Made by a program: the position numbers and the translations under genes
NCBI GenBank assembly: GCA_041665485.1
Contig: JBAYIT010000003.1
Coordinates: 133,146-182,723 of the forward strand
DNA from: Candidatus Shapirobacteria bacterium
Lineage (GTDB): Bacteria > Patescibacteriota > Microgenomatia > UBA12405
Reading direction: 5' to 3'
DNA length: 49,578 bases
The notes under the pieces: model-generated
Told to the model about the DNA's origin: nothing
Seen by the model: only the letters and a program-made list of their open reading frames with translations
The model's database searches: none
Part shown: in pieces, positions 32,555 through 42,642 of the stretch
Numbering within the stretch: the stretch's first letter is position 1
Layout: every line of letters begins with the position of its first letter

Positions 32555-32601
32555 CACCCACTCCGGTCTCTCCGAATAAAATCGGAGAGCACCGGAGGGT
32601 G
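32555..32601 (+). terminator. long near-perfect hairpin after serS (probable terminator)
   Basis: CACCC-aCTCCGGtCTCTCCGA-ATAAAA-TCGGAGAGcaCCGGAG-GGGTG followed by TTTAAT (a weak U-tract). Confidence 0.5.
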
Positions 32602-32636
32602 TTTAATAGCTGACGGATTAGTTTATAATTACCACC

Positions 32637-35288
32637 ATGTTCGATTTCATTAAAAATATTGTTGACGATAACTATCGTTTGCTTTCTAGCTCTCTCCCTC
32701 TAGTCAAAAAAATCAACGATCTCGAGGAGGAAACTAAAAAACTTTCCGACAGCCAATTAAAATCTAAAACCGAAGAATTTAAAAAACGTCTCACTGATGG
32801 CGCTAGTATCGACAGTCTTTTGGCCGAGAGTTACGCTGTTGTTCGCGAAGCCATCCGTCGAACTATCGGCGAGCGGGCTTACGATGTTCAGCTTCAGGCC
32901 GCCATAATTCTTAATCGTGGTGCTATTGCCGAACAGCGCACCGGTGAAGGCAAAACCCACTCTGTTATCTTTCCCGCCTACCTTAACGCCCTGACCGGTA
33001 ACGGTGTTCACATTATTACCCCCAACGACTATCTTACTCGGGTTGGCGCCGGCTGGTACCCCCAAGCTCTTCATCTTTTGGGAATTTCCACTGCCTGTAT
33101 TGTCCACGAACAATCTTTTATTCTTGATCCGGAATTTACTGATCCAAGTGAGCAATATGACGATCGCCTTACTCATCTTCGCCCGGTTTCTCGCCAGGAA
33201 GCTTATCAGGCTGATGTTACCTATGGCACCAACAATGAATTCGGTTTTGACTATCTTCGCGATCACATGGTCGCCGATTTTAAGGAAAAAGTTCAACGAT
33301 CGCTTCACTATTTTGCTATTGTCGACGAAGTTGATTTTGTTTTGATTGACGAAGCCAGAACCCCCCTTATTATTTCTTCTCCCAATAGTCAGCCAACCGA
33401 TAAATATTACAAATTTGCCCAAATTGCCGCCGGACTTCAACCTTCAGACTATGTTATTGATGAGAAATCCAAAAGCGCCACTCTTTCCGAGTTTGGTATT
33501 AGAAAAGTTGAAAATGTTTTAGGAGTAAAAAATCTTTACGAGGAATCGTTTGAAACCATCCACTACATCGAAAACGCCATCAAAGCTCTGGCTATTTTTC
33601 ATAAAGATAAGGATTATGTTGTTAAAGATGGTCAAATTATTATTGTCGACGAGTTTACTGGCCGTCTGATGAATGGCCGTCGCTGGTCTGATGGTCTTCA
33701 CCAGGCGGTTGAGGCCAAAGAATCGGTCACCGTCCAGCAGGAGTCTCAAACTTGGGCCACTATTACTTTCCAAAATTATTTTCGTCTTTACCAAAAGCTT
33801 TCCGGCATGACTGGTACGGCTGCCACTGAGCGCGAAGAATTCAAAAAAATTTACAATCTCGATGTTGTCACCATTCCTACCCACCGTCCACTTCAACGTC
33901 AGGATGAGCAAGATCTTATTTTCAAATCTCAGGGAAGCAAATATGCCGCTATCGCTGCCAAAATTGAGGAACTTCACTCCCTTGGTCAGCCGGTTCTAAT
34001 TGGCACCACTAGTATTGAAAAGAATCAGATCATTTCCTCTCTTTTAACCAAAAAGAAAATTCCTCACCAGCTTTTAAATGCCAAAAATCATCGCTCTGAG
34101 GCTGAAATTATTGCCAAGGCTGGTATTAAAGGCGGAGTTACTGTCGCCACCAACATGGCCGGTCGGGGTGTTGACATCATTTTAGGTGGCCCCAAGGATG
34201 ATAAAAATATCGAAAGTTGGAAACAATTACATCAGGAAGTCGTTGATCTTGGTGGTCTTTATGTTATCGGCACCGAGCGCCACGAATCCCGTCGTATTGA
34301 TAACCAGCTTCGCGGTCGGGCAGGCAGGCAAGGAGACCCCGGTTTTTCTCAATTTTACGTTGCTCTTGATGATGACTTAATGCGGATATTTGGTGGTGAA
34401 AAAATAAGCGACCTAATGACCCGCTTTAATATGCCAGACGATGCTCCCTTAACTCATCCATTAGTCTCAAAAGTCATTGAACAAATTCAAGTCAAAGTTG
34501 AAGGTTTCAATTTTGATATTCGCAAAAATTTAGTTGAATATGACGATGTTATTAACAAGCAACGCCAAATCATCTATCGTCTTCGTGACGAAACTCTTGA
34601 AAACACCTCTCTCAAGCCGGAGGCCAATTGGCAATCGGCTCAAAAGTTTTTTGAATCAGAAATATCCTCTCTTGTTGGTCAAAATCTTGACCCGGTTACC
34701 AGTCAGTATGATCATCAAAAGATTGCTCTTGAATTCGCCGAAATACTTCCCATGCCCGAGAGTGATCGTCATCAATTAACCTCCAAACTTTCGGAGAATC
34801 AAAATATTTCTCAAGCTTTATTAACCATAATTAATAGTCAGTGGCAACAACGCCAATCATATTTTGGTCAGGATTTATCTAATTCCATCCTTTCCTACGC
34901 TATTATTAGAACTCTGGATCCACTTTGGGTTAGCCATTTAACTGCTCTTGATGATCTTCGTGATGGCGTTCGTCTTCGTGGTTATGCTCAAAAAGATCCG
35001 CTTATTGAATATCGCAAAGAAGGTTATGAAATGTTTCAAAGCTTGATGCGCCAGTTTGAAACTAACTTTACTAAAACCATTTTCCGTCTCGAGCCGGTTT
35101 CCGCCCCACCTCAACCGGCCCCGACTAATGTCATCGAAGGTAGGGGAGAGTTGGATACTCAAACAACCCCCAAGGGTGTTAGTGTTCCCAAGAGTCCTCT
35201 CTCAACCAATTCCATTAATCGTAACGACCCCTGCTGGTGTGGCAGCGGTAAAAAATGGAAAAAATGTCACTACCCTCAAACCGTCTAA
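32637..35288 (+). CDS. secA: preprotein translocase ATPase SecA
   Basis: EQRTGEGKT, DEVDFVLIDEARTPLII, GMTGTA, TNMAGRGVDI and the C-terminal zinc motif CWCGSGKKWKKCH. Confidence 0.97.
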   Translation: MFDFIKNIVDDNYRLLSSSLPLVKKINDLEEETKKLSDSQLKSKTEEFKKRLTDGASIDSLLAESYAVVREAIRRTIGERAYDVQLQAAIILNRGAIAEQRTGEGKTHSVIFPAYLNALTGNGVHIITPNDYLTRVGAGWYPQALHLLGISTACIVHEQSFILDPEFTDPSEQYDDRLTHLRPVSRQEAYQADVTYGTNNEFGFDYLRDHMVADFKEKVQRSLHYFAIVDEVDFVLIDEARTPLIISSPNSQPTDKYYKFAQIAAGLQPSDYVIDEKSKSATLSEFGIRKVENVLGVKNLYEESFETIHYIENAIKALAIFHKDKDYVVKDGQIIIVDEFTGRLMNGRRWSDGLHQAVEAKESVTVQQESQTWATITFQNYFRLYQKLSGMTGTAATEREEFKKIYNLDVVTIPTHRPLQRQDEQDLIFKSQGSKYAAIAAKIEELHSLGQPVLIGTTSIEKNQIISSLLTKKKIPHQLLNAKNHRSEAEIIAKAGIKGGVTVATNMAGRGVDIILGGPKDDKNIESWKQLHQEVVDLGGLYVIGTERHESRRIDNQLRGRAGRQGDPGFSQFYVALDDDLMRIFGGEKISDLMTRFNMPDDAPLTHPLVSKVIEQIQVKVEGFNFDIRKNLVEYDDVINKQRQIIYRLRDETLENTSLKPEANWQSAQKFFESEISSLVGQNLDPVTSQYDHQKIALEFAEILPMPESDRHQLTSKLSENQNISQALLTIINSQWQQRQSYFGQDLSNSILSYAIIRTLDPLWVSHLTALDDLRDGVRLRGYAQKDPLIEYRKEGYEMFQSLMRQFETNFTKTIFRLEPVSAPPQPAPTNVIEGRGELDTQTTPKGVSVPKSPLSTNSINRNDPCWCGSGKKWKKCHYPQTV

Positions 35289-35860
35289 TTTTTTCCGGCA
35301 TTCTTTTAATAGTCTCAATCTTATTTTGCCATTGGTTTGATAGTAAACCGATTTGGCTAATTGCTTTGGTTGTTTTCTCAACTTTTTCCCTCTTTATTTT
35401 TTCTCATTTTCCCAAATTCAATAAAATTTTTTTATTAGTTTTGTTTATTTTTCTTGGCATTGTTCAAATTAAATCTACCCGTTTTCAAACTATGTTTGAA
35501 TATTCCGGCTATGAAAATTGGTATCACCAACAACTTCAAAATTCCTACCCTTCAAAACTTTATCGCCTTGGTAATATTATCGAAAACAAACTCGAATCCC
35601 CCGTCTTTTATCGCCTCAAGCAAAATTTATTTTTAAGTCTCGATTTTGCCGACTACTTTAAAAATTTCTTCCCCGCCATTTTGTTTATCCCCTTTATTTT
35701 AGGCCTAATTAATTATTTGCGTCGGCCCAATCGATTTTTAAATTATTTATTAATGGGCTTTTTATTTCTATTTTTCTTAGTCGGCCCTCGGGGAGTTTAT
35801 GGGCCAATTTGCCTTATTCCCTGGATTATCTTTTTTATTTCCCATCCTCTTGAAACCTAA
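35255..35860 (+). CDS. hypothetical polytopic membrane protein
   Basis: Several TM helices. Overlaps the secA end by 34 nt, so the start is uncertain. Confidence 0.45.
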   Translation: MEKMSLPSNRLIFSGILLIVSILFCHWFDSKPIWLIALVVFSTFSLFIFSHFPKFNKIFLLVLFIFLGIVQIKSTRFQTMFEYSGYENWYHQQLQNSYPSKLYRLGNIIENKLESPVFYRLKQNLFLSLDFADYFKNFFPAILFIPFILGLINYLRRPNRFLNYLLMGFLFLFFLVGPRGVYGPICLIPWIIFFISHPLET

Positions 35861-37346
35861 AATAGCCCTAACCTTACTTTTATTGTTTTCTTTTTTTCTT
35901 TACACTTTCCGCCTAGATCAAATCCCTCCATCAGTTTATGTTGACGAAGCCACTGTTGGCTATAATGCTTTCTCGATTTTAGAAACTGGCCAAGATGAAT
36001 ATGGCCAGAAACTACCTATTTATTTTCGCTTTTTTGGCGCCTACACTCCCGGTCTCCATGTTTATTTTCTTTTGCCTTTTATTAAATTTTTTGGTCTTAA
36101 TCCTTTTTCTATCAGAATTTTATCGGCCATTTCCGGTGTTATTTCCGTTTGTATTTTCTATTTATTAATTAACGTTTTCACAAAAAATTCAAAAAAATCA
36201 ATTCTGCTTTCAGCCTTTTATGCCATTATTCCTTGGCAAGTTTTCAACAGCCGTCTTGGTTATGAAGTTATGTTTGCTGCCACTATTTTTAATGCCGGCC
36301 TCTATTTTCTCATTAAAAACCAACCCAAACTATCTCTTCTGGGGCTGGTTTTCATCAGTCTTTCTACTTATGCTGCCCACACTCAGCGCTTCTTGGTCCC
36401 CCTCTTTCTTTTTGTCTACTTTATTTTTATTACTCGACCCAATTTAAAATCAATTTTAGTTTTGTTTTTAACCCAAATCCCCAATCTTTTAATGCTCTTT
36501 ACTCCGGCTTTTTGGATTAAAAGTAGTGGCTTTTCTCCTCACTTTTTCTTAGGTCAAATTATTGGTTTCCTCTCCCCTCTAAATCTTTTCTTTCTCCCAA
36601 ACGACATTGACCAACAGCACCTCGTTCCCCAAATTTCCCTATTTTATTGGTGGATGATTTTGCCCTTTATTTTTGGTTTAAAACACCTTATAACTAAACC
36701 CACCCCGGCCTCCAAAACTATTATTATTTTAATTTTAACCGCCCTTGTCCCCGCCTGTCTTTCCGGCGAATTTATCTCTGTCCAGCGCTTCCTCCCTCTC
36801 CTTCTCCCTTTTAGTTTAATTATTTGTCTTGGTCTTTCTAAATTTAATAATCTTATTTCTGGATTCTTATTTCTTATCTCTATATTATTGTTACTCCGTT
36901 CTTATTTCCTCTTTTTCCCCAAACTTATGGCCACTGCCTGGAACTATGGCTATCAGGAACTAAGTCTTTATGTCTCGTCTCATCCCAACACCAGGTTTGT
37001 TATCGACAACACCCGTAACCCCCGAAACTATATTTTGCTCCTTTTTCATTTAAACTATTCTCCGACTCTCTATCACCAAGAAACCGGTAAATTAGCCAAT
37101 TATTATCAGAACCCTCTTTACACTGGTAACCTTAAATTCGCCAATATCGAAGTTCGTCCGCTCGATTTTTCTACCGATCCTTGTATCGATCAAATACTTG
37201 TTGGCGACCCTCTTTCTGTCTCTCCTGATCAAGCCATCGACCACCACCTCACCCCGGTTTTTGCTATCCACACTCCTCAAAACGAGCTTGTTCTCCAAGC
37301 CCTCCAAACCAATCCTGCTACCGCCTGTCCGGGTAAGGTAAAATAA
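35799..37346 (+). CDS. GT-C glycosyltransferase, family 39 / ArnT-PMT-like
   Basis: YVDEATVGYNAFSILETGQDEYG (the acidic DE loop after TM1 that is typical of GT39) and 10 or more TM helices. The start is uncertain (overlaps the previous ORF). Confidence 0.65.
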   Translation: MGQFALFPGLSFLFPILLKPKIALTLLLLFSFFLYTFRLDQIPPSVYVDEATVGYNAFSILETGQDEYGQKLPIYFRFFGAYTPGLHVYFLLPFIKFFGLNPFSIRILSAISGVISVCIFYLLINVFTKNSKKSILLSAFYAIIPWQVFNSRLGYEVMFAATIFNAGLYFLIKNQPKLSLLGLVFISLSTYAAHTQRFLVPLFLFVYFIFITRPNLKSILVLFLTQIPNLLMLFTPAFWIKSSGFSPHFFLGQIIGFLSPLNLFFLPNDIDQQHLVPQISLFYWWMILPFIFGLKHLITKPTPASKTIIILILTALVPACLSGEFISVQRFLPLLLPFSLIICLGLSKFNNLISGFLFLISILLLLRSYFLFFPKLMATAWNYGYQELSLYVSSHPNTRFVIDNTRNPRNYILLLFHLNYSPTLYHQETGKLANYYQNPLYTGNLKFANIEVRPLDFSTDPCIDQILVGDPLSVSPDQAIDHHLTPVFAIHTPQNELVLQALQTNPATACPGKVK

Positions 37347-37349
37347 ACC

Positions 37350-38369
37350 ATGTCTATTTACACCAAATTAGCCCCCCAGATTTGGTCCGAAATTCAAAAA
37401 GCTAATAATATTCTTCTCCATCTTCACCCGGGCCCAGATGGAGACAGTGTTGGTTCAGCCCTAGCTCTTGGTTTGGCTCTAAAAAATCTTGGTAAAAAAG
37501 TTACCATCATTTCCGGCGATTCGTCTACGCCAACTAGTTTTTTCACCCTACCTGGGTCAAATTTAATTCTTCAAGCTAATTATTTTGATATCAACCCAAA
37601 AGATTTTGACCTGTTTATTATTCCCGACACCTCTGCTCTCAATCAGATATCAAAAAAAGGTGAAGTCACCTTTCCAAAAAATCTAAAGACAATTAATATC
37701 GATCATCACGCTAGTAATTCCGGATTTGCCGATATTAGCCTCATCGATCTGAAATCCCCCGCAACTTGCCAAATAGTCTATTTTCTTCTTAAACAATTTA
37801 AAGTAAAAATTACTCCAGAAATTGCCGGTTGTTTATTACTCGGTCTTCACACCGACACTGGCGGTTATAAGTATTCGCCAACTAGTCCTACAACTTTCAA
37901 AATAGCTAGCAAACTTTCAGTAATTTGTCCAAACTTTTCGGAAATTATTTTTAATTTTGAAAATAACGATAAACCTTCAAGACTAAAACTCGTTGGCTTA
38001 TTGTTATCTAACATTAAGTTATATTTTGGTGGTCATCTGGCCATTGCCTCTGTTTCTCAAAAGCAATTGCAAAAAAATAATATCGAAAATGAAGTTGTTT
38101 CCAGTCTCGACGTTGCCAACATGCTTAAAGCTGTTATTGGTTGGGATATTGCCGGCACTCTTATTGGAGGCGTTGATGGCCGAACTAAAATTAGTTTAAG
38201 AACTCGTGATCCAAACAAATACGACTTAAGCAAAATTGCCCTGGCCACTGGATTTGGCGGTGGCCATAAAGCCGCCGCTGGTGCCAACATTCCCGGTAGT
38301 CTAAATAAAGCCCAAAAAATATTAATCGAATCAATCGCCAAGCTCCATCCAGAGTTAGGCAAACCTTAA
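37350..38369 (+). CDS. DHH/DHHA1 phosphoesterase (NrnA-like oligoribonuclease/pAp phosphatase)
   Basis: HLHPGPDGDSVGSALAL, IIPDTS, NIDHHASN and GGGHKAAAG. Confidence 0.85.
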   Translation: MSIYTKLAPQIWSEIQKANNILLHLHPGPDGDSVGSALALGLALKNLGKKVTIISGDSSTPTSFFTLPGSNLILQANYFDINPKDFDLFIIPDTSALNQISKKGEVTFPKNLKTINIDHHASNSGFADISLIDLKSPATCQIVYFLLKQFKVKITPEIAGCLLLGLHTDTGGYKYSPTSPTTFKIASKLSVICPNFSEIIFNFENNDKPSRLKLVGLLLSNIKLYFGGHLAIASVSQKQLQKNNIENEVVSSLDVANMLKAVIGWDIAGTLIGGVDGRTKISLRTRDPNKYDLSKIALATGFGGGHKAAAGANIPGSLNKAQKILIESIAKLHPELGKP

Positions 38370-38385
38370 TCTGTTAGAATCAATT

Positions 38386-38703
38386 ATGATTCCCGATGAA
38401 GAGCTTTTAGAACAAATCAAGAAACTAAACCAAAGGTTAGATTACATAACCAATCCTTTTAAAAATGCCGGGCTAAACTTTGTCACCGGTATTTTCCGTT
38501 CTCTGGGCGGTCTTTTTGGCACCATTGTTATTGCCGGCGCCTTTTTTTATTTTTTCTCCAAAATCGACCTTGTTAAACCCATGACCAACTGGATTGAAAC
38601 CATTCTCTCCCAAATCCAATGGCAAAAAGTTATTCCCACCCCTCAAACTTCACCCCAACCATTCCAAGATATATTTAAGAATATTCCCGATTCGAATTTC
38701 TAG
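38386..38703 (+). CDS. small hypothetical membrane protein
   Basis: One or two TM helices (GLFGTIVIAGAFFYFF). No motif recognised. Confidence 0.5.
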   Translation: MIPDEELLEQIKKLNQRLDYITNPFKNAGLNFVTGIFRSLGGLFGTIVIAGAFFYFFSKIDLVKPMTNWIETILSQIQWQKVIPTPQTSPQPFQDIFKNIPDSNF

Positions 38704-38723
38704 ATTCGTAAATTCGTAGATTC

Positions 38724-40562
38724 TTAATTCTTGTTTCTCGCGCTTCTCACCCGGTCCACTTTTGACAAATACTTTTTCCGTAGTCTAACTGATTTTGGTG
38801 TTACATCAAGCAATTCATCGGCCTCAATAAATCCCAGTGCTTCCTCAATTGAATACTTCACTGCCGGCGCCAAAATAATAGCATCATCGTTACCCGCCGA
38901 TCTCATATTAGTTAGCTGTTTGCCTTTACAGATATTTATTTCCAAATCTCCAGTCACCGGTCTTACTCCCACAATCTGCCCTTCGTATATTCCCTCAGTT
39001 GGCTCCACAAAAGTTATTCCTCTTTTTTGGGCCAAATCGATTCCATACGACAACGCCTTTCCGCTTTCTGAAGCAATTAAAACCCCATTTCTGGTTCTGG
39101 GCACTGATTCTTCTTTCTTTTCATACCCTATCGATAAAAAGCTTATTGCCACTTGGCCTCTGGTTGTTGTCATTAAATTTCCTCTCAATCCCAAAGCATT
39201 TTTTTCGCTGATTCTAAAAACCATCCGGCAGCCATTGGCGTCAGTTGACATATCTTCCATTTTTCCTCTTCTTTGCCCCATTTCTGCTGTTATTGTTCCC
39301 ACAAATTCTTCTCCCGTTAAAATCGTTACTTCCGCCATTGGTTCAAACCACTGGCCCTCAATTTGTTTCAAAATCACTTCCGGTTTGCCCACTTCCATGG
39401 CGTAGCCTTCTCTTCGCAACTTCTCCATTAATATCGCCAAATGAAGTTCGCCTCGGCCGGAAACTATCATTCTGATTCCGTCATTTGGGTCATCCTCAAG
39501 TTTCAGCCCCAAATTTGTCTCCACTTCCGTCGTTAACCTTTCTCTCAATTCTCTTGATGTTAGAAATCTTGACTCATCCCTAGCCAGTGGGCTGGTATTT
39601 GGTCCGAAACTCGCCTTTAGTGTTGGTGGTGAAACAATTATTGGCGGTAGGGCCACTTGAAATTGAGGGCTGGTTAAAGTTTGTCCGATTTCTATCTCCG
39701 GAATTCCTGAAAGATAAACCACCTCTCCGCTTTCACTCACTTCAGCCTCAACTTTACTTATCCCTTCGTTAACATACATTTTCTCTACCTTAAAATTTCC
39801 CAACAGTTTTTGCTCTGGGTTAACCAAAGAGACGTATTCTCCTTTTTTAATTCTTCCCTGGTTTATTCTTCCTAGCGCTAATCTACCCAAATACTCATTT
39901 TTTTCAAATGCCGAAACTAACATCTGAAAAGGTTTATCAACCATTTTCCGGCTACTGGGAACAGTTTTTAAAATTGCTTCAAATAGGGGAGTTGTGTCTC
40001 CGGCCACACTTAGATCATCCGGCATTTTGTCAAAGCACTTTCCTTCCCGGCCAATAGCGTAAATAATGGGGAAATCCAACCCCGATGAATCGCTTACTGA
40101 TTGTAAAAATAGGTTTTCTGTTTGGCGTGTCACTTCGGCTATTTGGCTATCTTTTCTATCGATTTTATTAATCACCACAATTATTTTTAAGCCAAATTCT
40201 AACGCTTTTTTCAACACAAATTTTGTTTGCGACAGTGGCCCTTCGGCTGCATCAATGATTAAGAGTGCTCCGTCGGCCATATTTAGCACCCGTTCCACCT
40301 CGCCTCCAAAATCAGCGTGCCCCGGGGTATCAATAATATTAATTTTGGTATCTTTATAAAAAACGGAAGTATTTTTCGACAAAATAGTAATTCCTTTCTC
40401 TTTTTCCAGGTCGTTACTATCCATAATTCTATCCATCTCCATTTCCACCTGATTGTTTCGGAAAGTGTGCGTCTGTTTAAGCAATGCGTCCACCAAAGTT
40501 GTCTTGCCATGGTCAACATGGGCGATTACTGCCACATTTCTAATATCACTATACTTTTGCAT
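38724..40562 (-). CDS. typA: translational GTPase TypA/BipA
   Basis: IRNVAVIAHVDHGKTTL, DTPGHADFGGEV, NKIDR, and a C-terminal domain organisation and length typical of BipA. Confidence 0.95.
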   Translation of the reverse strand: MQKYSDIRNVAVIAHVDHGKTTLVDALLKQTHTFRNNQVEMEMDRIMDSNDLEKEKGITILSKNTSVFYKDTKINIIDTPGHADFGGEVERVLNMADGALLIIDAAEGPLSQTKFVLKKALEFGLKIIVVINKIDRKDSQIAEVTRQTENLFLQSVSDSSGLDFPIIYAIGREGKCFDKMPDDLSVAGDTTPLFEAILKTVPSSRKMVDKPFQMLVSAFEKNEYLGRLALGRINQGRIKKGEYVSLVNPEQKLLGNFKVEKMYVNEGISKVEAEVSESGEVVYLSGIPEIEIGQTLTSPQFQVALPPIIVSPPTLKASFGPNTSPLARDESRFLTSRELRERLTTEVETNLGLKLEDDPNDGIRMIVSGRGELHLAILMEKLRREGYAMEVGKPEVILKQIEGQWFEPMAEVTILTGEEFVGTITAEMGQRRGKMEDMSTDANGCRMVFRISEKNALGLRGNLMTTTRGQVAISFLSIGYEKKEESVPRTRNGVLIASESGKALSYGIDLAQKRGITFVEPTEGIYEGQIVGVRPVTGDLEINICKGKQLTNMRSAGNDDAIILAPAVKYSIEEALGFIEADELLDVTPKSVRLRKKYLSKVDRVRSARNKN

Positions 40563-40590
40563 CCGAGGATTGTACCATTAAAACAGTCTT

Positions 40591-41331
40591 ATGACCATAA
40601 AAAAAGCGGTATTTTTTGGCATACTTACCCCAATTATCATTTATTCCCTATTTTTAGGCTTTGATTTTTTGTCAAAGCCTGGAGTTGAAAAACCGGAGGC
40701 GATTGTTGCCAGTTTTCAACTAACTCCAACGCAAATAATTAACTCACTTCCCGATCGCCACTTAATCAAAACTTTCTTTATTCCCCAATCTCCCGAAAAA
40801 GACTGGTCCCAACCTTGGCAGGACGCTTGTGAAGAAGCCTCTCTTTTAACCGTTAACTACTATTATTCATCTGTTAACCCGGATCCCAAACAACTTCTTG
40901 ATGATTATCAGGAAATTTTCAATTTTGAGTCAAAAAACCAATGGGGCCATGATGTTAACCTATCTCAAATGGCCCAAGTTGGTTTGGATCTTTTTGGTTT
41001 AAAGTCAAAAATTATCGAAAATCCCGATCTTAAAACCATAAAAGAGTATCTTGTTAAGGATATTCCCATAATTATCACCGCTAATGGCAAAACACTTTTT
41101 TCCGAGAACAAACATTTCAAAGCGGGTGGCCCCTGGTACCACAGTTTAGTTATTCTCGGTTTTGACGATCAAAAAAGTCAGTTTATTGTTCACGACGTCG
41201 GCACTCAATTTGGTGCCTATTTTCGCTATTCATATCAACTTCTTCTCAACAGTATTCATGACTGGCCGGCAACCGGCCAGAAAGAAAATATTAATACCGG
41301 TCGCCAAGCTGTTCTGATTTTGTTAAAATAA
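40591..41331 (+). CDS. C39-like (papain-fold) peptidase family protein, secreted/membrane-anchored
   Basis: N-terminal TM helix. Candidate catalytic Cys (PWQDACEEASLL), His (WYHSLVILGFDD) and Asp (VHD). Confidence 0.5.
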   Translation: MTIKKAVFFGILTPIIIYSLFLGFDFLSKPGVEKPEAIVASFQLTPTQIINSLPDRHLIKTFFIPQSPEKDWSQPWQDACEEASLLTVNYYYSSVNPDPKQLLDDYQEIFNFESKNQWGHDVNLSQMAQVGLDLFGLKSKIIENPDLKTIKEYLVKDIPIIITANGKTLFSENKHFKAGGPWYHSLVILGFDDQKSQFIVHDVGTQFGAYFRYSYQLLLNSIHDWPATGQKENINTGRQAVLILLK

Positions 41332-41335
41332 GATC

Positions 41336-41920
41336 ATGAACATTAAATACTTTGTTCCCGTTATCTTTTCATTAATATTTTCATCCTGTTCACTTATGCC
41401 TCAAAACAATCAAATATCCTCTACTCCTTCTCCTATTAATCTCAATTCTGCTACAACCATCCCTTCTCCGACAGAGACTAGCCAATCCGAGCCCATGGTT
41501 AGTCTAAAAACTAAATATGGCGAAGTTATCATCAAACTTTATCAAAAAGACGCTCCCAACACTGTTGCTAATTTTATTATCAAGTCTAAATCCGGATTTT
41601 ATCGTTCACTAACTTTTCACCGGGTTGAGCCAATGTTTGTCGTTCAGGGTGGTGACCCCCTTGGTAATGGCACTGGTGGCGGTCAAATTGCTTCCGAAAT
41701 TAACACCATTCCCTTTCGTCGTGGTTCGGTTGGTCTAGCCCGTGGTGGCAATAAAGCCGTCAGCAATGATTCACAGTTTTTTATCTGCCTAGCCACCGAA
41801 AGTTGCTCCTCTCTGACCAATGAATATGTCAATTTTGGTGAGGTTGTTTCTGGAATGGAGTTTATTGACCAAACTCAGATTGGCGATCAAATTATCGATA
41901 TTACTGACTCCACCAAATGA
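41336..41920 (+). CDS. cyclophilin-type peptidyl-prolyl isomerase, lipoprotein
   Basis: Lipobox-like FSSCS. FHRVEPMFVVQGGDPLGNGTGG and SNDSQFFI. Confidence 0.9.
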   Translation: MNIKYFVPVIFSLIFSSCSLMPQNNQISSTPSPINLNSATTIPSPTETSQSEPMVSLKTKYGEVIIKLYQKDAPNTVANFIIKSKSGFYRSLTFHRVEPMFVVQGGDPLGNGTGGGQIASEINTIPFRRGSVGLARGGNKAVSNDSQFFICLATESCSSLTNEYVNFGEVVSGMEFIDQTQIGDQIIDITDSTK

Positions 41921-42300
41921 GTAAGATTTTTCCGCTTATCATTGCTGTTATTGTCGCCTTTATTGGTTACCGTTTAGTTGTTGCCCAGATCTCTCCTCCT
42001 GTCGTCGATAATCGCCCCTCTGATTTGGTTCTTTATTGGGGTGAAGGTTGTCCTCATTGTGAAAACGTTAAAAAATATGTTCAGGACAATCAAATTGATA
42101 AACGCCTAAAAATAGATCAAAAGGAAGTCTATTACAATAAAAGCAATCAAAATGAATTAACCGAAATTGTTAAAAAATGTCCTGAAATCGATCAAACAAA
42201 TGGTGTCGGCGTTCCACTTGCTTGGGTTATCTCCGAATCTAGGTGTTTAGTAGGGGATGAGCCTATCATTTCTTGGATTGATCAGAAGTTGCTAAAATAA
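41917..42300 (+). CDS. membrane-anchored thioredoxin-fold protein (CPHC active site)
   Basis: N-terminal TM helix. LYWGEGCPHCENVKKY. Confidence 0.7.
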   Translation: MSKIFPLIIAVIVAFIGYRLVVAQISPPVVDNRPSDLVLYWGEGCPHCENVKKYVQDNQIDKRLKIDQKEVYYNKSNQNELTEIVKKCPEIDQTNGVGVPLAWVISESRCLVGDEPIISWIDQKLLK

Positions 42301-42303
42301 ACC

Positions 42304-42639
42304 GTGACTCATCGTGTCCATCATGATGACTTCCGTTTAACCTCGGCTGTCATTGTCCGCCTATCAATCTTTGTTGTTGTTGTTTTTGGTTTAATTTATT
42401 ATTTTTCCCAAGTTCCGTCTTCTCTTCCTAGTTTCGATCCAACTCTTTCGATAGATGAAACAACTAAGTCATATTTTATCCCTAAAATAAGCCAGATAAT
42501 TCCCAAGTCTGATATAATTATCATTACTCAAAAGTTTGATTGGTTAAAAAACGAAATTGCTGGTTTTCCTCAAAAGCAAATCGAAGAAATCAAGAAATCC
42601 GTTATTCAGTCAATTTATGATGATTTGATGAAAAAATAG
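42304..42639 (+). CDS. hypothetical membrane protein (GTG start)
   Basis: A single TM helix (IVRLSIFVVVVFGLIYYF). No motif recognised. Confidence 0.4.
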   Translation: MTHRVHHDDFRLTSAVIVRLSIFVVVVFGLIYYFSQVPSSLPSFDPTLSIDETTKSYFIPKISQIIPKSDIIIITQKFDWLKNEIAGFPQKQIEEIKKSVIQSIYDDLMKK

Positions 42640-42642
42640 CTT

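Noticed and set aside
32555-32601. The long inverted repeat after serS as a MITE or an attachment site.
   Set aside because: It is a single hairpin at the 3' end of a gene, with no flanking direct repeats and no second copy in the window. The simplest reading is a transcription terminator.
38731-39405. A 224-aa plus-strand ORF, and other 60-115-aa ORFs, inside typA.
   Set aside because: They lie entirely antisense to a highly conserved GTPase gene and have low-complexity Ser/Pro/Phe-rich translations. The same reasoning applies to 32757..33440(-) and 33519..33977(-) inside secA, 15091..15478 inside uvrA, and 11825..12167 inside uvrB.
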